From the human T2T-CHM13v2.0 reference genome, Homo sapiens: a DNA stretch of 64,000 bases. The translations under genes were made by a program, and so were the position numbers. Positions 1-11,079 of this stretch are shown in pieces. The stretch lies in the NCBI RefSeq assembly GCF_009914755.1, contig NC_060936.1, one strand, 5' to 3'. The notes below the pieces were generated by a model. That model saw only the letters and a program-made list of their open reading frames with translations. It was not told the DNA's origin and ran no database searches. Positions within the stretch are counted from its first letter, which is position 1; each line of letters starts with the position of its first letter.

Positions 1-53
1 TCACACCACTGCACTCCAGCCTAGGTGACAGAGCAAGACTCTGTCTCAAAAAA
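1..53 (+). mobile_element. Alu 3' end (cut by window edge)
   Basis: CACACCACTGCACTCCAGCCTAGGTGACAGAGCAAGACTCTGTCTC followed by an A-tail matches the Alu right-arm terminus. Confidence 0.95.
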
Positions 54-159
54 TATATACATATATATGTATTTTATATATATGTATTATATATATGTGT
101 ATATATGTGTATGTATATATATATGTATGTGTATATATATGTGTGTGTATATATATATA
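54..159. repeat. (TA)n/(TG)n compound microsatellite grown from the Alu tail
   Basis: Directly visible alternating TA/TG run. Confidence 0.95.
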
Positions 160-779
160 ATGGAAAACTGATAATTTCTAATAAGGTTAAAAAGACTTCT
201 ACCCTGTGACCCTGAAATTACATCTCATGAGAAATGAATGCATATGCCCACAAAAATACTTGTATACAAATGCTCACAGTGACTTAGTTCATAAGAGCTC
301 AAAACTGGAAACAGACCAAATATCCCCCCACAGGAGAATGGATACAAACACACAGTGGCACGTCCATGCAATGGAATATTATTCAGCAAGAAAAAAGAAG
401 CAGGCACTGCTGATCTGTGTAACAACATGAATGAATCCCATGGACCTGATGTTGAATGAAAGAATCTAGGCTTAGGAAAGTACATGCTGTGTGATTCCAT
501 TTCTATGAAATTCAAAGACAGACAAAGCTGATCTTGCCTGGTAATAAAAGTCAGGACAATAGTAGGACAGAGGGGCAGGATTTGGAGCACAAGGAAACTT
601 TCTGGGGAGGTGGGAATGACCTATATCTGAATCTGAATGATAGTTACAGGAGTGAACACATTTGCAAAAATTCAACAACTGGTACATTTGATATTTGCAT
701 ATCTTGCTATATATATAAATCATACCCCAGTAAAGTAAAACAAATCAATGAAACAAGTAAAAACAAATAAATAAATAAA
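160..779 (+). mobile_element. Old L1M (L1MC/L1ME-type) 3' fragment
   Basis: AAAACTGGAAACAGACCAAATATCC...CATGCAATGGAATATTATTCAGCAA...GATTCCATTTCTATGAAATTCAA is typical of the L1M ORF2 end/3' UTR; ends in an A-rich (AAAT)n tail. Confidence 0.8.
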
Positions 780-1074
780 TGCAGAGTCTAGAGCCTTTGC
801 ACATGCTATTCCCTTGGCTTGGAATATCATGTCCCCACCCCCTGATATTTAAGAGGCTAGCCCCGTCCTATCATTCAGGTCTTAGCTTAACTCTCTCCTC
901 CACAGAGAACTCTGCCATTAATTGCTGCATCATTTGGGTTTTCGGCTTGTTTTTATACTCCTAATCATGCTCAGAAATTTTCTTGTGTGTACTCTGCCTC
1001 TCCATCCACCCCTATCACCAATAGACTGTGAGTGCCTAAGCACAGGGGTCTTATTGATTGTGTTCACTGCCCGT

Positions 1075-1735
1075 GCTGTGTCTCCATTCACCCCATTGCG
1101 CCTGTTGTTCACCACTCTCCACCTGCTCTCAGCTTCAGAGCTGCCTTGCTAGAGTGCAGCAGTGCACTCCCTGAACTTCTGACTTCTGGGTGAGTCTTGG
1201 CCAATGGGAAATCTCAGCAGGAAATTGAAAGGAAAGAGGAGTGGGAGAATGGGGTGACACATCCTTCTCTGTGGCATCCCCACAAGCTGACTGCATCTCC
1301 AGGTCAGTGGTTCTCAATCAAGTGTAATGTTGCCCCGCAAGGGACATTTGGCAATGTCTGGAGAAATATTTGGTTGCCACAACTGGGGGTGATGGTGCTG
1401 CTGGTATCTGTTGGTTACAGGACAGGGACTACAATGTACAGGACAGCCCCCACAACAATTACCCAAGCCCAAATGTCAACAGTGCCAAGGTTAAGAAACT
1501 GCTCTCGGTGAAGGTCATGGTTCTTCTAAGGAGGCATCTCCATAACTCTGTCCTTCCAGGGTCAGGTGAACATTCCCCCCGACTCCATCAGGTTCAGAGA
1601 CGGTAAAAGCCCCACTGTTGCTATCCTTGCTGCTTCCCCTATATCCCGCCCACACCTTTGTATTAGTCCCTCTGTGAAAACTCCTCAAATTACCCTAATT
1701 GGAGTGCACTATTCTATTTCCTGATGGAACACTCA
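1075..1735 (+). mobile_element. LTR33-like ERVL solo LTR, split by MER20
   Basis: TGACTTCTGGGTGAGTCTTGGCCAATGGGAA and CCCACACCTTTGTATTAGTCCC...AACTCCTCAAATTACCC...CTATTTCCTG resemble the LTR33 consensus. Confidence 0.65.
1305..1505 (+). mobile_element. MER20 hAT-Charlie DNA transposon
   Basis: CAGTGGTTCTCAA...GGGACATTTGGCAATGTCTGGAGA...AGGACAGCCCCCACAACAA...CCAAATGTCAACAGTGCCAAGGTTAAGAAACTG. Confidence 0.9.
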
Positions 1736-1869
1736 CAAGCAGGCCATTTCATCTCCAGCAGCTACATGCTTAGTAAATATAAATAAATATTTGTTTAAGT
1801 AATTAATGGATAAGAGTCTCCTAGAAGATCAGGATTTAAAAGTCAAAGATAAATCTTAGAACTTATATA

Positions 1870-2329
1870 TTTTTACAGCTTTATTGAAGTATAATTGATA
1901 CAGAAAAAAACTGCACATACTTAATGTATACAATCTGATGGGTTTGGACATGTGTATACAGCCATGATGTCATCACCACAATCAAGGTAATAAGTATATT
2001 TATCACCTCCAATGGTGTCCTTGTATCCCTTTGCAGTATGTGTTTGTGCATGTGTGTGTGTGTTAAGAAGACTTAACATGAAATTCAACCTCTTAAAACA
2101 AATTTTTAAGTGCACATCATATCATTAACTGTACATTAACTATTGTACAGCATATCCCTAGAACTTACTCATCTTGCGTAACTGCAACTTTATACTCATT
2201 GAACAAACTCTCCACTTCCCCCTCCTCCCATCCTGTGACAACCACCCTTCTATTTCTGCTTCTGTAAGTTGGATTATTTTAAATACCTCTTGTAAGTGGA
2301 ATCATGCCATATTTGTCCTTCTGTGACCG
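1870..2329 (-). mobile_element. L1MA/L1MB 3' end
   Basis: TTTTTACAGCTTTATTGAAGTATAATTGA...CATCACCACAATCAAGGTAATAAG...GTAAGTGGAATCATGCCATATTTGTCCTTCTGTGAC; degraded TSD-like GAACTTA..TATTTTT at both ends. Confidence 0.85.
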
Positions 2330-3425
2330 GAACTTAATATTTTTTAAAAGATTCTTCAGGTGATTCTAGAACTAGTCCCACATGTGTGCAGGGGAAACTG
2401 AGACCCAGAGAGGGGAAAGTACTTTTTGAGGATCACACCATTGTGAGAAGCAGCCTGGGTCCAGAAAGCACCCATTCTTGACATTGATTATTAATTCCAT
2501 TACCTTTTGCTGCTTTCCCTCAAATTATTTTCCCCATAACATCGCTGAGGCCTTTAGACATAATGCATATTCCAAACTTCACACCTCCTGCATTTTAAAG
2601 GACATTCAATCTGTGCGATTCTACTGCATCCACTCACACACAGCTCTGAATGTCCAGGGCTGGAGGGGCAGTCCCACAGAGGGGCCAAGGGCCTGAGGAC
2701 AACAGATATTTCTGATTCAGTCCGAGGGTCTGCCACATCCAAGCTCCCAAGCTCCATGACCTACTAAGACTCAGCTCCCTTGTCTGGAAATTGAAGATGA
2801 TGGTGCTTACATCTTAGATTTGTTAAAGGCCTCCATGAGATGACGGTTATAAAGTGTGTGTCACAGAGCTGGGCATGTCGTGAGGTTGCAGAGAGTGTTG
2901 GTTATGGCTAAGATGCCCTTCAAGTCCAATTTTCTCTGTATTTTGTCTGCCAGAATCCTCAAAATGTCCAATGTGACTGAGCCAAGACATCTTGAGTCCC
3001 CAAAAGCAAGAGATTTTGCTTGCATTTCTCTCTATATCCTTGGCTAAATTATGGACCAGATAGAAGCCAGTTCCAAGCCACTAAGACCCAGACTGTAGAT
3101 TTAAATTGCTGACAATAGGTTTAGACTTGCCAATGAAAAAATCCACATTCTCGTGTAAGCTTAAGAGAACAAAGCTTCTTCGAGGTTTTTTTTAAAAGAG
3201 TGGAATTAGGATCTCATGTCTTTGTCTTTTCTCTTTACACCCAGATTAAAGTCTTTAATACTAAGGGAACTATCTGATTTTCCGCGTAGAAAGAACGAAT
3301 TCTGTAAGTCAGAATATTTTAAATACCTCTTATAAGTAGAATCATGCCATATTTGTCCTTCTGTCACCAGAACTTACATTTTTAAAAATATTCCCCAGGT
3401 GATCTTTTAAAAGTTTCCCCAGGTG

Positions 3426-3735
3426 GACCAGGCATGGTGGCTTGCACCTGTAACCCCAACACTTTGGGAGGCCAAGGTGAGTGAATCACCTGAGCCCAGG
3501 ATTTGAGACCAGCCTGGGCAACAGAGTGAGACCTCATCTCTACAAAAAAATACAAAATATTAGCCAGGTATGCTAGCACACACCTGTGGTCCCAGCTACT
3601 CACTCGGGAGGCTGAGGTGAGATCACTTGAGCCTGGGAGGCCAAGGCTGCAGTGAGCTATGATTGTGCCACTGCACTCCAGCCTTGATGACACAGTGAGA
3701 CCCTGTCTCCAAAAATAAAAATTAAAAATAGAATA
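3426..3735 (+). mobile_element. AluJ
   Basis: Full dimer with J-type GAGCCCAGGA, CAGCCTGGGCAACA and GAGCTATGATTGTG. Confidence 0.92.
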
Positions 3736-4036
3736 AATTGGTTGAGAATGGAAGAGGTAAGAAGATTCATGCCTCTCTTCCTCCATAACTTGCAGACCTG
3801 AACATTGATTAGTCTGAGAGAGAACAAAAATGTTTGCTTCTAGCAATATGGCTTATAAGTCAGACTCAAGAAAGGTCTAAAGAGATGGAGAGAATAAGGG
3901 CATTTTCTCTTTAATAGAGACTTTAAATGCAATGGCTCCAGCGTGTCCTCAGTATATTCTGAGATGTGGGCTCTTCACCTGTAAAATTGGGCCATATCAA
4001 TACCTACCTCATGATGTTGCTGTAAAACTTGACTGC

Positions 4037-4414
4037 AACCAACAGTGTAAAAGCGTTCCTATTTCTCCACATCCTCTCCAGCATCTGTTGTTTCCTGACT
4101 TTTTAATGATCGCCATTCTAACTGGCATGAGATGGTATCTCATCATGGCTTTGATTTGTATTTCTCTAATGACCAGTGATGGTGAGCTTTTTTTCATGTT
4201 TGTTGGCCGCATAAATGTCTTCTTTTGAGAAGTGTCTGTTCATATCCTTCACCCACTTTTTGATGGGGTTGTTTGTTTTTTCTTGTAAATGTGTTGAAGT
4301 TCCTTGTAGATTTTGGATATTACCACCATGGCACATGTGTACCTATGTAACAAACCTGCACGTTCTGCACATGTATCCCAGAACCTAAAGTATAATTTAA
4401 AAAATTAGAAAAAT
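4037..4414 (+). mobile_element. 5'-inverted, truncated L1PA7/8-like element inside a MIR
   Basis: 4038-4322 is antisense L1 ORF2 C-terminus (translates to [16 protein letters not shown] on the - strand); 4322-4414 is the sense 3' end plus A-tail; degraded TSD AACTTGACTGC / AAATGGACTGC. Confidence 0.88.
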
Positions 4415-4808
4415 AAATGGACTGCTATACACAATTGTAGTATTACTTACTGTCTACAAGTTTGTGTGCTGCCTTTTTCAGTTAACACTCTCATTGTGAT
4501 TGCCTCTCAGAAAAAATGACTTAATTTTTTTCTTCAAATTACATAGTCAATGTTACTTTAGAAAATATGAGCAGTATTTCTAAGAATACTGAACAAAGTA
4601 AGTTACCCAAAACCTCCGCATCCTAAGATAGTTACCATTAGCATTTGGGGAATGGTTTTTCATGCATCTCTTTATGCGTTTTATGCTGCTTTTAAAAATC
4701 CAACCTCATGTTTGGATCAGCTGTAAATTGGTGGAATTTGGTCCCAGCTATGGCACTTGGATATGTGATTTAACCTTTCTGGGCCTTGGTACCTTCATCT
4801 ATAAAAGA

Positions 4809-5285
4809 GTACATTCACTTTCTGGGGCTGCTATAAGAAATTGCCACAAACTGGGTGGCTTAAAACAACAGAAATCTGTTCTCTTTCAGTTCTGGAAGCC
4901 AAAAAAGTCCTAAATCAAGTTGAAAGTCGGGGCTTTTCCAGAGGAGGAGGCTCCAGAGGCTCTGAAGGAGGATCTGTTTTGCACCTCTCTCCTAGCTTCT
5001 GGTGACCGCTGGCAACCCCTAGAGTTCCTTAGCTTCTAGACACATCACTCCAGTCTCTGCCTCTGTCTTCGCATGGCCTTCACCTCCATGTCTGTGTCTT
5101 CTCTTCTTATAAAGACACTCATCATTGGATTTAGAGCTTGTTCAGATAATCCAGAATGATCTCATCTCAAGATCCCTAATTTAATTACATCTGCAAAGAC
5201 TCTTTTAAAATAAGCAAACATTCACAGGTTCCGGGTGGATATATCTTTTTTGCAGGGGGTTGGGGGCACCATTTGACCTCCTGCA
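4809..5285 (-). mobile_element. MLT1C-like MaLR solo LTR inserted in a MIR
   Basis: CACAAACTGGGTGGCTTAAAACAACAGAAA...CATCACTCCAGTCTCTGCCTC...ATCTCATCTCAAGATCC...AATTACATCTGCAAAGAC. Confidence 0.85.
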
Positions 5286-6871
5286 AATGGAGATAAGAAT
5301 AGTTGCCTCCAATAGCTACTTTGACAAACAAGTTGGATGCGATAATGCATATGCAATTCCTGGCATATGATTAATGATCAATGAATGCTGTGTATTAATA
5401 ATCTTATCTGAAGGAGGACATTGCTCCTTCAGCTCCTTTCTGGAGGAATAAAGTAAGATATAAATAAACAAACACAAATGAATAATTCTGAAGTTCAGAT
5501 GGGTGCCAAAAATGTAATTTTCTTGGTTCTCTGTGAGCTTTCTCTAGTGTTTTAAAGTAGAGAGTTTTCATATATGTAGGCTCTAATTTTTTTCTATAAA
5601 TTTCCTTTAGCTTTTCTCTTCATTCTGGCTTTTCTTCCTTCTGTCACAGCTCAGTGGGTTGGCCATTTTACCCAGAAAAAAAATAAAGCTTCAGAAAGTA
5701 TAATAGATTCAATCAAATCAGTTAGATGAATTACATTTTACTTAGAATGAAAAACCTACCATTCATTTCAACATGTAGCTTTTCATGCTTTCATGACATT
5801 GAGGTTAAATAGAAATTCTTTACAGCTTCGTTATTTCAAAGCATAGGGTTGTTCTGATTTTTTTAAACCTGATAAATGAAAATCAAGACTTATGAAAGAG
5901 CAGAGAAAAAGAAAGCAACTGTTCACAAAAAGATTTGTCCTTGACCAAAAGATGCTCCTAGTGCATTTTTGATGACTTGGCCTACAAGAAGTGAGTAACA
6001 ATAGAGTGAGAAAAGTAATTGAGAGGCCAGAGAAGCGGGTTTTATTCTGGGATATATTACTCTCTACCAGTGTAGCATGTTGGTAAAGTGACCTCTCTGT
6101 CCCTTTGTTTCCCTCTTATAGAATAAGGGAGGGTTGGAAGGGGTTACCACTGAGGTCTCTTTCAGCTCTGATCTTCTAGAGCTCATAAGTCAAATGTTAA
6201 CATTGCTCAAATCAAAAAGTTAACTTGAATCCCTTCATCAGTGGCTAAGGGAGCATTAGAATTGAGTTCAGTAAGTTTTCTGCACTCAAAATATATAATG
6301 GCATTTGTTGACTTGGAAACTTCCAGGTCTTTTGATCTAAGAACAGGGCGTTCTGGAGTGAATGAGCAAGACAGGAAATCAACCACCTCACACATGAAGC
6401 TGAATAACAGTCTTGAGACAACACATTCAGACTTGTCCCGAGGCTCTGTGCCCACTTGTCCAGTGGCAGAACCCGAGGTGAAAGTCCACGAGGAAAAGAG
6501 GAGGAAGGACATTCGTGGATAGAAGATTTGGCTTTCCACATGAAGGAGGAATAGCTCAGGCAAGGACTGGATTTTAAAATTCCTGGTCCCTCCCACCAAG
6601 TCTTATAACAGAATGGTGTTTGGTGAGCACTCAGCTGACTCACTGACTGCCAGTTGTTCAGGAGGGGTAAGGGAGCAGAGGGGAGGGTATCTCCTGGAGA
6701 GCACTGGCCACCAAAGGAAGCTCCATGAATTCAGGGGGCAGGAGAAAATGTGGAGAGGAGATGGTTCCATTGTGGATCTGCCTGCCTGGCCCCCACACCC
6801 TGTTACCCCACAATCAGCCACCGACTTCATTCATTCTGGGCCTTTGTTTCATCACAGTCATCATCTTCATC

Positions 6872-7116
6872 ACCCTCTTCCTCCTCTTCTCCTCCTCTCC
6901 TCCTCTTCCCCTCCTCCTCATCCTCCTTCTTCTTCCTCCTCCCCTCCTCCTTCTTCTTCTTCCTCCTCCTCTTCCTTTTCTCCTCCTCCTCTTCCTCCTC
7001 CTCCTTCTTCTTCCTCCTCCTCTTCCTTTTCTCCTCCTCTTCCTCCTCCTCTTCTTCTCCTTCTTCTTCTTCCTTCTCTTCTTCTTCCTCCTCCTCCATC
7101 TTCCCCCCTCCTCCTC
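6872..7116. repeat. (CCT/CTT)n polypyrimidine low-complexity tract
   Basis: About 245 bp of almost pure C/T with trinucleotide periodicity. Confidence 0.95.
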
Positions 7117-7256
7117 ATTACTATCATCACCATCACCATTTCTTCCAGTGTTTATTCTATATATATTTCTGCCAATATGCTAAGTACTTAACAACTGTAC
7201 ATGTACTTTCTCTTAACCATCACAGCAATTTAAGGAGGTGATCACTACTCACTACT

Positions 7257-7730
7257 TGTCCTGGTCTGGTTTCCTCCCCCAGAACAGGTCTTGAGATAAG
7301 GATTTGTGTGTAAGTGGTTTATTTGGGGATAACCCCAGGAAGTCTTGGAGGGAATAAAAGGCAGGAGCGCAGATATAAAGGGTGCCTTGCTGAGCAGTTA
7401 CCATGGTGGGTAACTGGGGCCTGGTCTTGCCATGGGCCCCTGAAGGGCTGTGAGAACACACCTCAGAGTTGGCCCAGGGAGGAAATGGGGTGGATAAATA
7501 AGGGGTATTTATTTACCACACCCCATTCCTCATTGGTTGACATTGCTTCTGGGGGCATCAACTCTCTGATACTTCTGACCATCCTGGGCTGAGCACATAT
7601 CTGCAGTCAGACAGCCCTTAGACAGAGGACTAAATGTCAGTGTTTTGGCAACTGTCAATCTAAGCTGTAGTTGGCTTGAGAGGTTAGAGGGGGCACAGGG
7701 TTATAGGCAGGGCACCAAATAGCATCTATA
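7257..7730 (-). mobile_element. LTR16-type ERVL solo LTR inserted in a MIR
   Basis: TGTCCTGGTCTGGTTTCC...GAGATAAGGATTTGTGTGTAAGTGGTTTATTTGGG is the reverse complement of the LTR16 3' end; MIR halves at ~7140-7255 and ~7735-7870. Confidence 0.65.
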
Positions 7731-8149
7731 TGATTATTATTCCAATCTTAGAGGAGAAGAAATAAAAGCTTAGAGAGGTGAAGTAACTGATTTAGATCAC
7801 AGAGCCCATAATGGTGGAGCTGGGATTGAACCTGGGTCTATGGATTCAAGAACCTGAGCTATTAATTCCAATGCTCCCCAGCCCCATCCATTAAAGGTGG
7901 GAATTAGTTCTAAACTGCCTTCCACCTACACCTCACCATCTCTGGTTCCAGCTAACAAGGTTTAGAGTTGAGGGAGAGGAGTTTTTACATTCATGTCTGT
8001 CACCCCTCTCTGCTGTCTCTAGGACAAGTTCAGTAGAGAGGTGGGAGGGGGTTCAAACATGAGGCTGGTGTCCCTGGCAATCATGAAACTTCCACCTTCC
8101 ACATCAGCTGGCTGTTCATCCCTCTCCCACACCAATCAATGAGGCTTGA

Positions 8150-8330
8150 GGCTCTGAAAGTTTGGAGAAATCATTTAAACATTCTGACCCTCAGCTTCCT
8201 CATCTAGACTGTGGAAGAAATGATGAGTACCTACTTCATAAGGTTGTAGACAGAATTAAATGAGATAATGAATAATAAGAGCTTAGCATAGCATCTGGCA
8301 TATAATAAGTGCTTGTTAGTTTATTATTTC
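8150..8330 (+). mobile_element. MIR
   Basis: CCTCAGCTTCCTCATCT...TACCTACTTCATAAGGTTG...ATTAAATGAGATAATG...GGCATATAATAAGTGCT. Confidence 0.8.
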
Positions 8331-8644
8331 TATCATGCATTATTAATTATTATAATTACCTGGGAATCTGATCTTCCACCTACAAATACTTTGTTTCTAA
8401 AATGAAAATCAGGACATTACCTATGACAGAGTCTAACAACAAAAGGCAATAAGGAAAATAAGACAAATTCACACTTAATTTCCCTTGATGGTCTACCATA
8501 CCGGGGAAGCTACAAGCTGACCTGTATATGCGTCTTTATGGAAGGGGAGAAGGATGTGTGTGGAAGCCTACAGCCATCTGGCCAGGCCCCTCTGTTGCCT
8601 GATGTCAACGTTTGACTTGTTATGGCCCTGTGATGGCCCTGCTT

Positions 8645-9540
8645 TTCTCCTTGCCCCCATAAATTCTGTTCTCAAGGCAGCAGCCACCAGAGCAGTCCTG
8701 TTAAAACATTAAGGCAGATCCTATCACACTTCTGTTCAAAATAAAACAATGGTTTCCTTTCCTCCCAGAGAACAGCTAAGCCTTGACGACGGCCACAAAA
8801 GCCTCCATGCTGCAGAGTCTGAACACTTCCTTTATCTCCTGCCTCCCCTCTGGGCCCTGTCTCCAGCTCCCCCCACTCCATACTGATTCCCTTGGTTGTT
8901 TTGACAGCCCAGTGCATACCCAGGGTATTTCCACTGGCTGTTGTCTCCTTCTGGGATCTTCTTCCTCCATAACCAAATGGCTTACTTCGTTGCCTCCTTC
9001 AAGTCTTTGTCAGATGTCACCTTCTCAATAAGGACTTCCCCAACCACACCATTTAAATTACAACAATCTCCCATCCCCATCGCACCAGTGAGACTCAACT
9101 CCCCTTCACCTACTCTATATATGTATTGACCATCAACAGACTATCATTTACCTATTTAGTATTAAATAGTTCACAGTTTACAGTCTTGTCTCTGTCCCTA
9201 TAGAACTGTTCTCCCTTTAGAACAGTTATTCTTGCTCCCTATAGAATGGCATCTGCAGACATATCTTGGGGGCAAAAAGAGTAATTTTTTGCTCTACTGG
9301 AATCTAGTAGGTAGAGGCCAGTGACACTGCTACACATCCCACAATGCACAGGACAGCCCCCACGACAAAAAATTCTCCAGCCCAAAATGTCAGTAGTGCT
9401 GAGGTTGAGGAATTGTGCTATAGAATGAAACTTCCCAAGGACAGGGCTTTTTGGTTGATTTTCTACATTTTGCTATATTTCAGCATCTAGAACAGGACCT
9501 GGAACATAGTAATCACTCAATAAATATTTGGGGGATGAAT
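8645..9540 (+). mobile_element. L2 3' region interrupted by MER20
   Basis: CAGCAGCCACCAGAG...TCCTTCAAGTCTTTGTCAGATGTCACCTTCTCA...CAGCATCTAGAACAGGACCTGGAACATAGTAATCACTCAATAAATATTTG. Confidence 0.8.
9205..9420 (+). mobile_element. MER20
   Basis: CTACTGGAATCTAGTAGGTAGAGGCCAGTGACACTGCTACACATCCCACAATGCACAGGACAGCCCCCAC...AAAATGTCAGTAGTGCTGAGGTTGAG. Confidence 0.85.
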
Positions 9541-10689
9541 CATCCTTAGAAACGGTCCCCAGAGGGAAGACTTTCAGAGTCTGGAGATCTCAAAAACATG
9601 CAAAATTCCTTTTAAAATCAGCAGCAGAACAAATACACGGACACGGATCGGACAGTGGGAAAGACCCAGTTCCTTGTTTGTAAAGGAATCGTTTCCACCG
9701 GAAAGAAAGAAAGATGTCCTCCAACGGCCCCACCCGGAACTCGCACATTGTGTTCTAAGTTTAACACACCTTGTGCTCTCTCTGCTGAAACCCTTGGCTC
9801 CAACCCATAATATCTCTGAATCCAGGAAACCATTATGACTGGTCAGGGTCAAAGGTTGCTCCTATTGTAACCCACTTCCTCCATCAGAGTTTTAAATTTG
9901 GAAAACGTTCTTATTGCTATTGTATGGAATGTCAGCTCTCAGATAACCTCAGAATTATTTTTATTTGTCTACCATGACCACCCCACCACACACCAAAAAA
10001 AAAAAAAAAAAAAAAAGGTTTAAAAAAACCCCGCAGAGTGGGAGGGGGCTTTCCTCAACATACTGTTAACAGAGAAAGAATCAGATAAGAGCCAGCTGAT
10101 ATTTTCAGCCTTTAACTGAATAAAGGGAAGGAGAAGTAGTTAAATTCCCAAAGGGCCCCCAAAATTAAATTCCAATATACTTTTTAAGATGGCTAGGATA
10201 GGAAAATGATCAGAACCCTAAGAGCGTAGCAATTTTAGATATTAGCAAGCACTTAAAACTTTAAGGAGGTTGTTCTAATAGTCTAGGACATTTCCGGAAC
10301 TTATTGCCCACTTTTTATTTTTACATGAGGAAGAATTATAGTACCTATAAATATGCCCTGGAATTGTAATGAGGACAGGAGAGATATCTCTATATTTGAC
10401 CAGGAAAAGAAGAAGATCCAAAGGGAATTTGGGTGATGAGGAATGCCAGATCTTGGAACTACATACAGTAATTAAATGGCAAAAGGAAGATTGTCTTGGC
10501 CAACAGTCCGGAAAGACTGGGCACCTTGCCATTTTTAAGGAGAAGGCATGTTAGAGGAAAGAGTAGCTGGAAGGTCTTTGAGGCACTTACAAAGTCAGAA
10601 AAAAAAAGTTATTTCAGTCAGTTCTGCAAATATTCAGAGCCTTTCCTCTGTTTAAGGCCCAATGCTAAGTGCTGGCAGTACAGACAGGA

Positions 10690-10915
10690 GACGCTAGAGT
10701 GTGATGCCAGATGCATGGGCTTTGGGTTTTGATGGCTGCTCTACCACTTACTTGCTGTGAGCCTGAGAAGCATACTTAACCTCACTAAGACTTGGTTTCC
10801 CCAACTGAAGAATAGGATGGAAAATAATCATTACCTCATGGGGTTGTTGTGAGGATGCTGTTTGACAGAGTCTCCAGCATGTTGAAAGTATTGAGTAGTA
10901 AACATTAGCATTATT
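10690..10915 (+). mobile_element. MIR
   Basis: GCTCTACCACTTACTTGCTGTGA...ACTTAACCTC...TACCTCATGGGGTTGTTGTGAGGAT. Confidence 0.8.
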
Positions 10916-11079
10916 AGAAGAGAAGGTTTTTCTTAAAACGTTCAGATTCTAATGGGGCAAACATCGTCATAATTAAGAGAGCAGCTATAATTTATTGTGC
11001 ATCTGCTATATGCCAGGTTCTGTACTATCTCATTGAATCCCTGCAATGCTATCTCATTGAATCCCAGAAACAATCTTTG

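Larger units (their letters stand above)
785..1812 (+). mobile_element. L2 3' fragment interrupted by LTR33 and MER20
   Basis: GCCTTTGCACATGCTATTCCC...TAGACTGTGAG...GTTCACTGC (785-1070); resumes near 1745 with ATCTCCAGCA...AAATATTTGTTTAAGTAATTAATG, the L2 terminus. Confidence 0.65.

Noticed and set aside
5611-5996. Pyrimidine tract/AG at 5649 and GAA|GTGAGT at 5991 as a possible exon
   Set aside because: Long, AT-rich and stop-filled, with competing AGs; no independent support
6298-6522. 74-codon ATG ORF (MAFVDLETSRSFDL...) with good Kozak context in unique DNA
   Set aside because: No recognisable homology, promoter or splice context; a length expected by chance. BLASTP and Ribo-seq would settle it
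6613-7241. Overlapping 70-190 aa ORFs rich in Pro/Ser/Leu/Glu
   Set aside because: All are translations of a CCT/CTT tract that cannot contain stop codons
11025-11065. 17-bp direct repeat with 24-bp period
   Set aside because: Ordinary small tandem duplication inside a MIR
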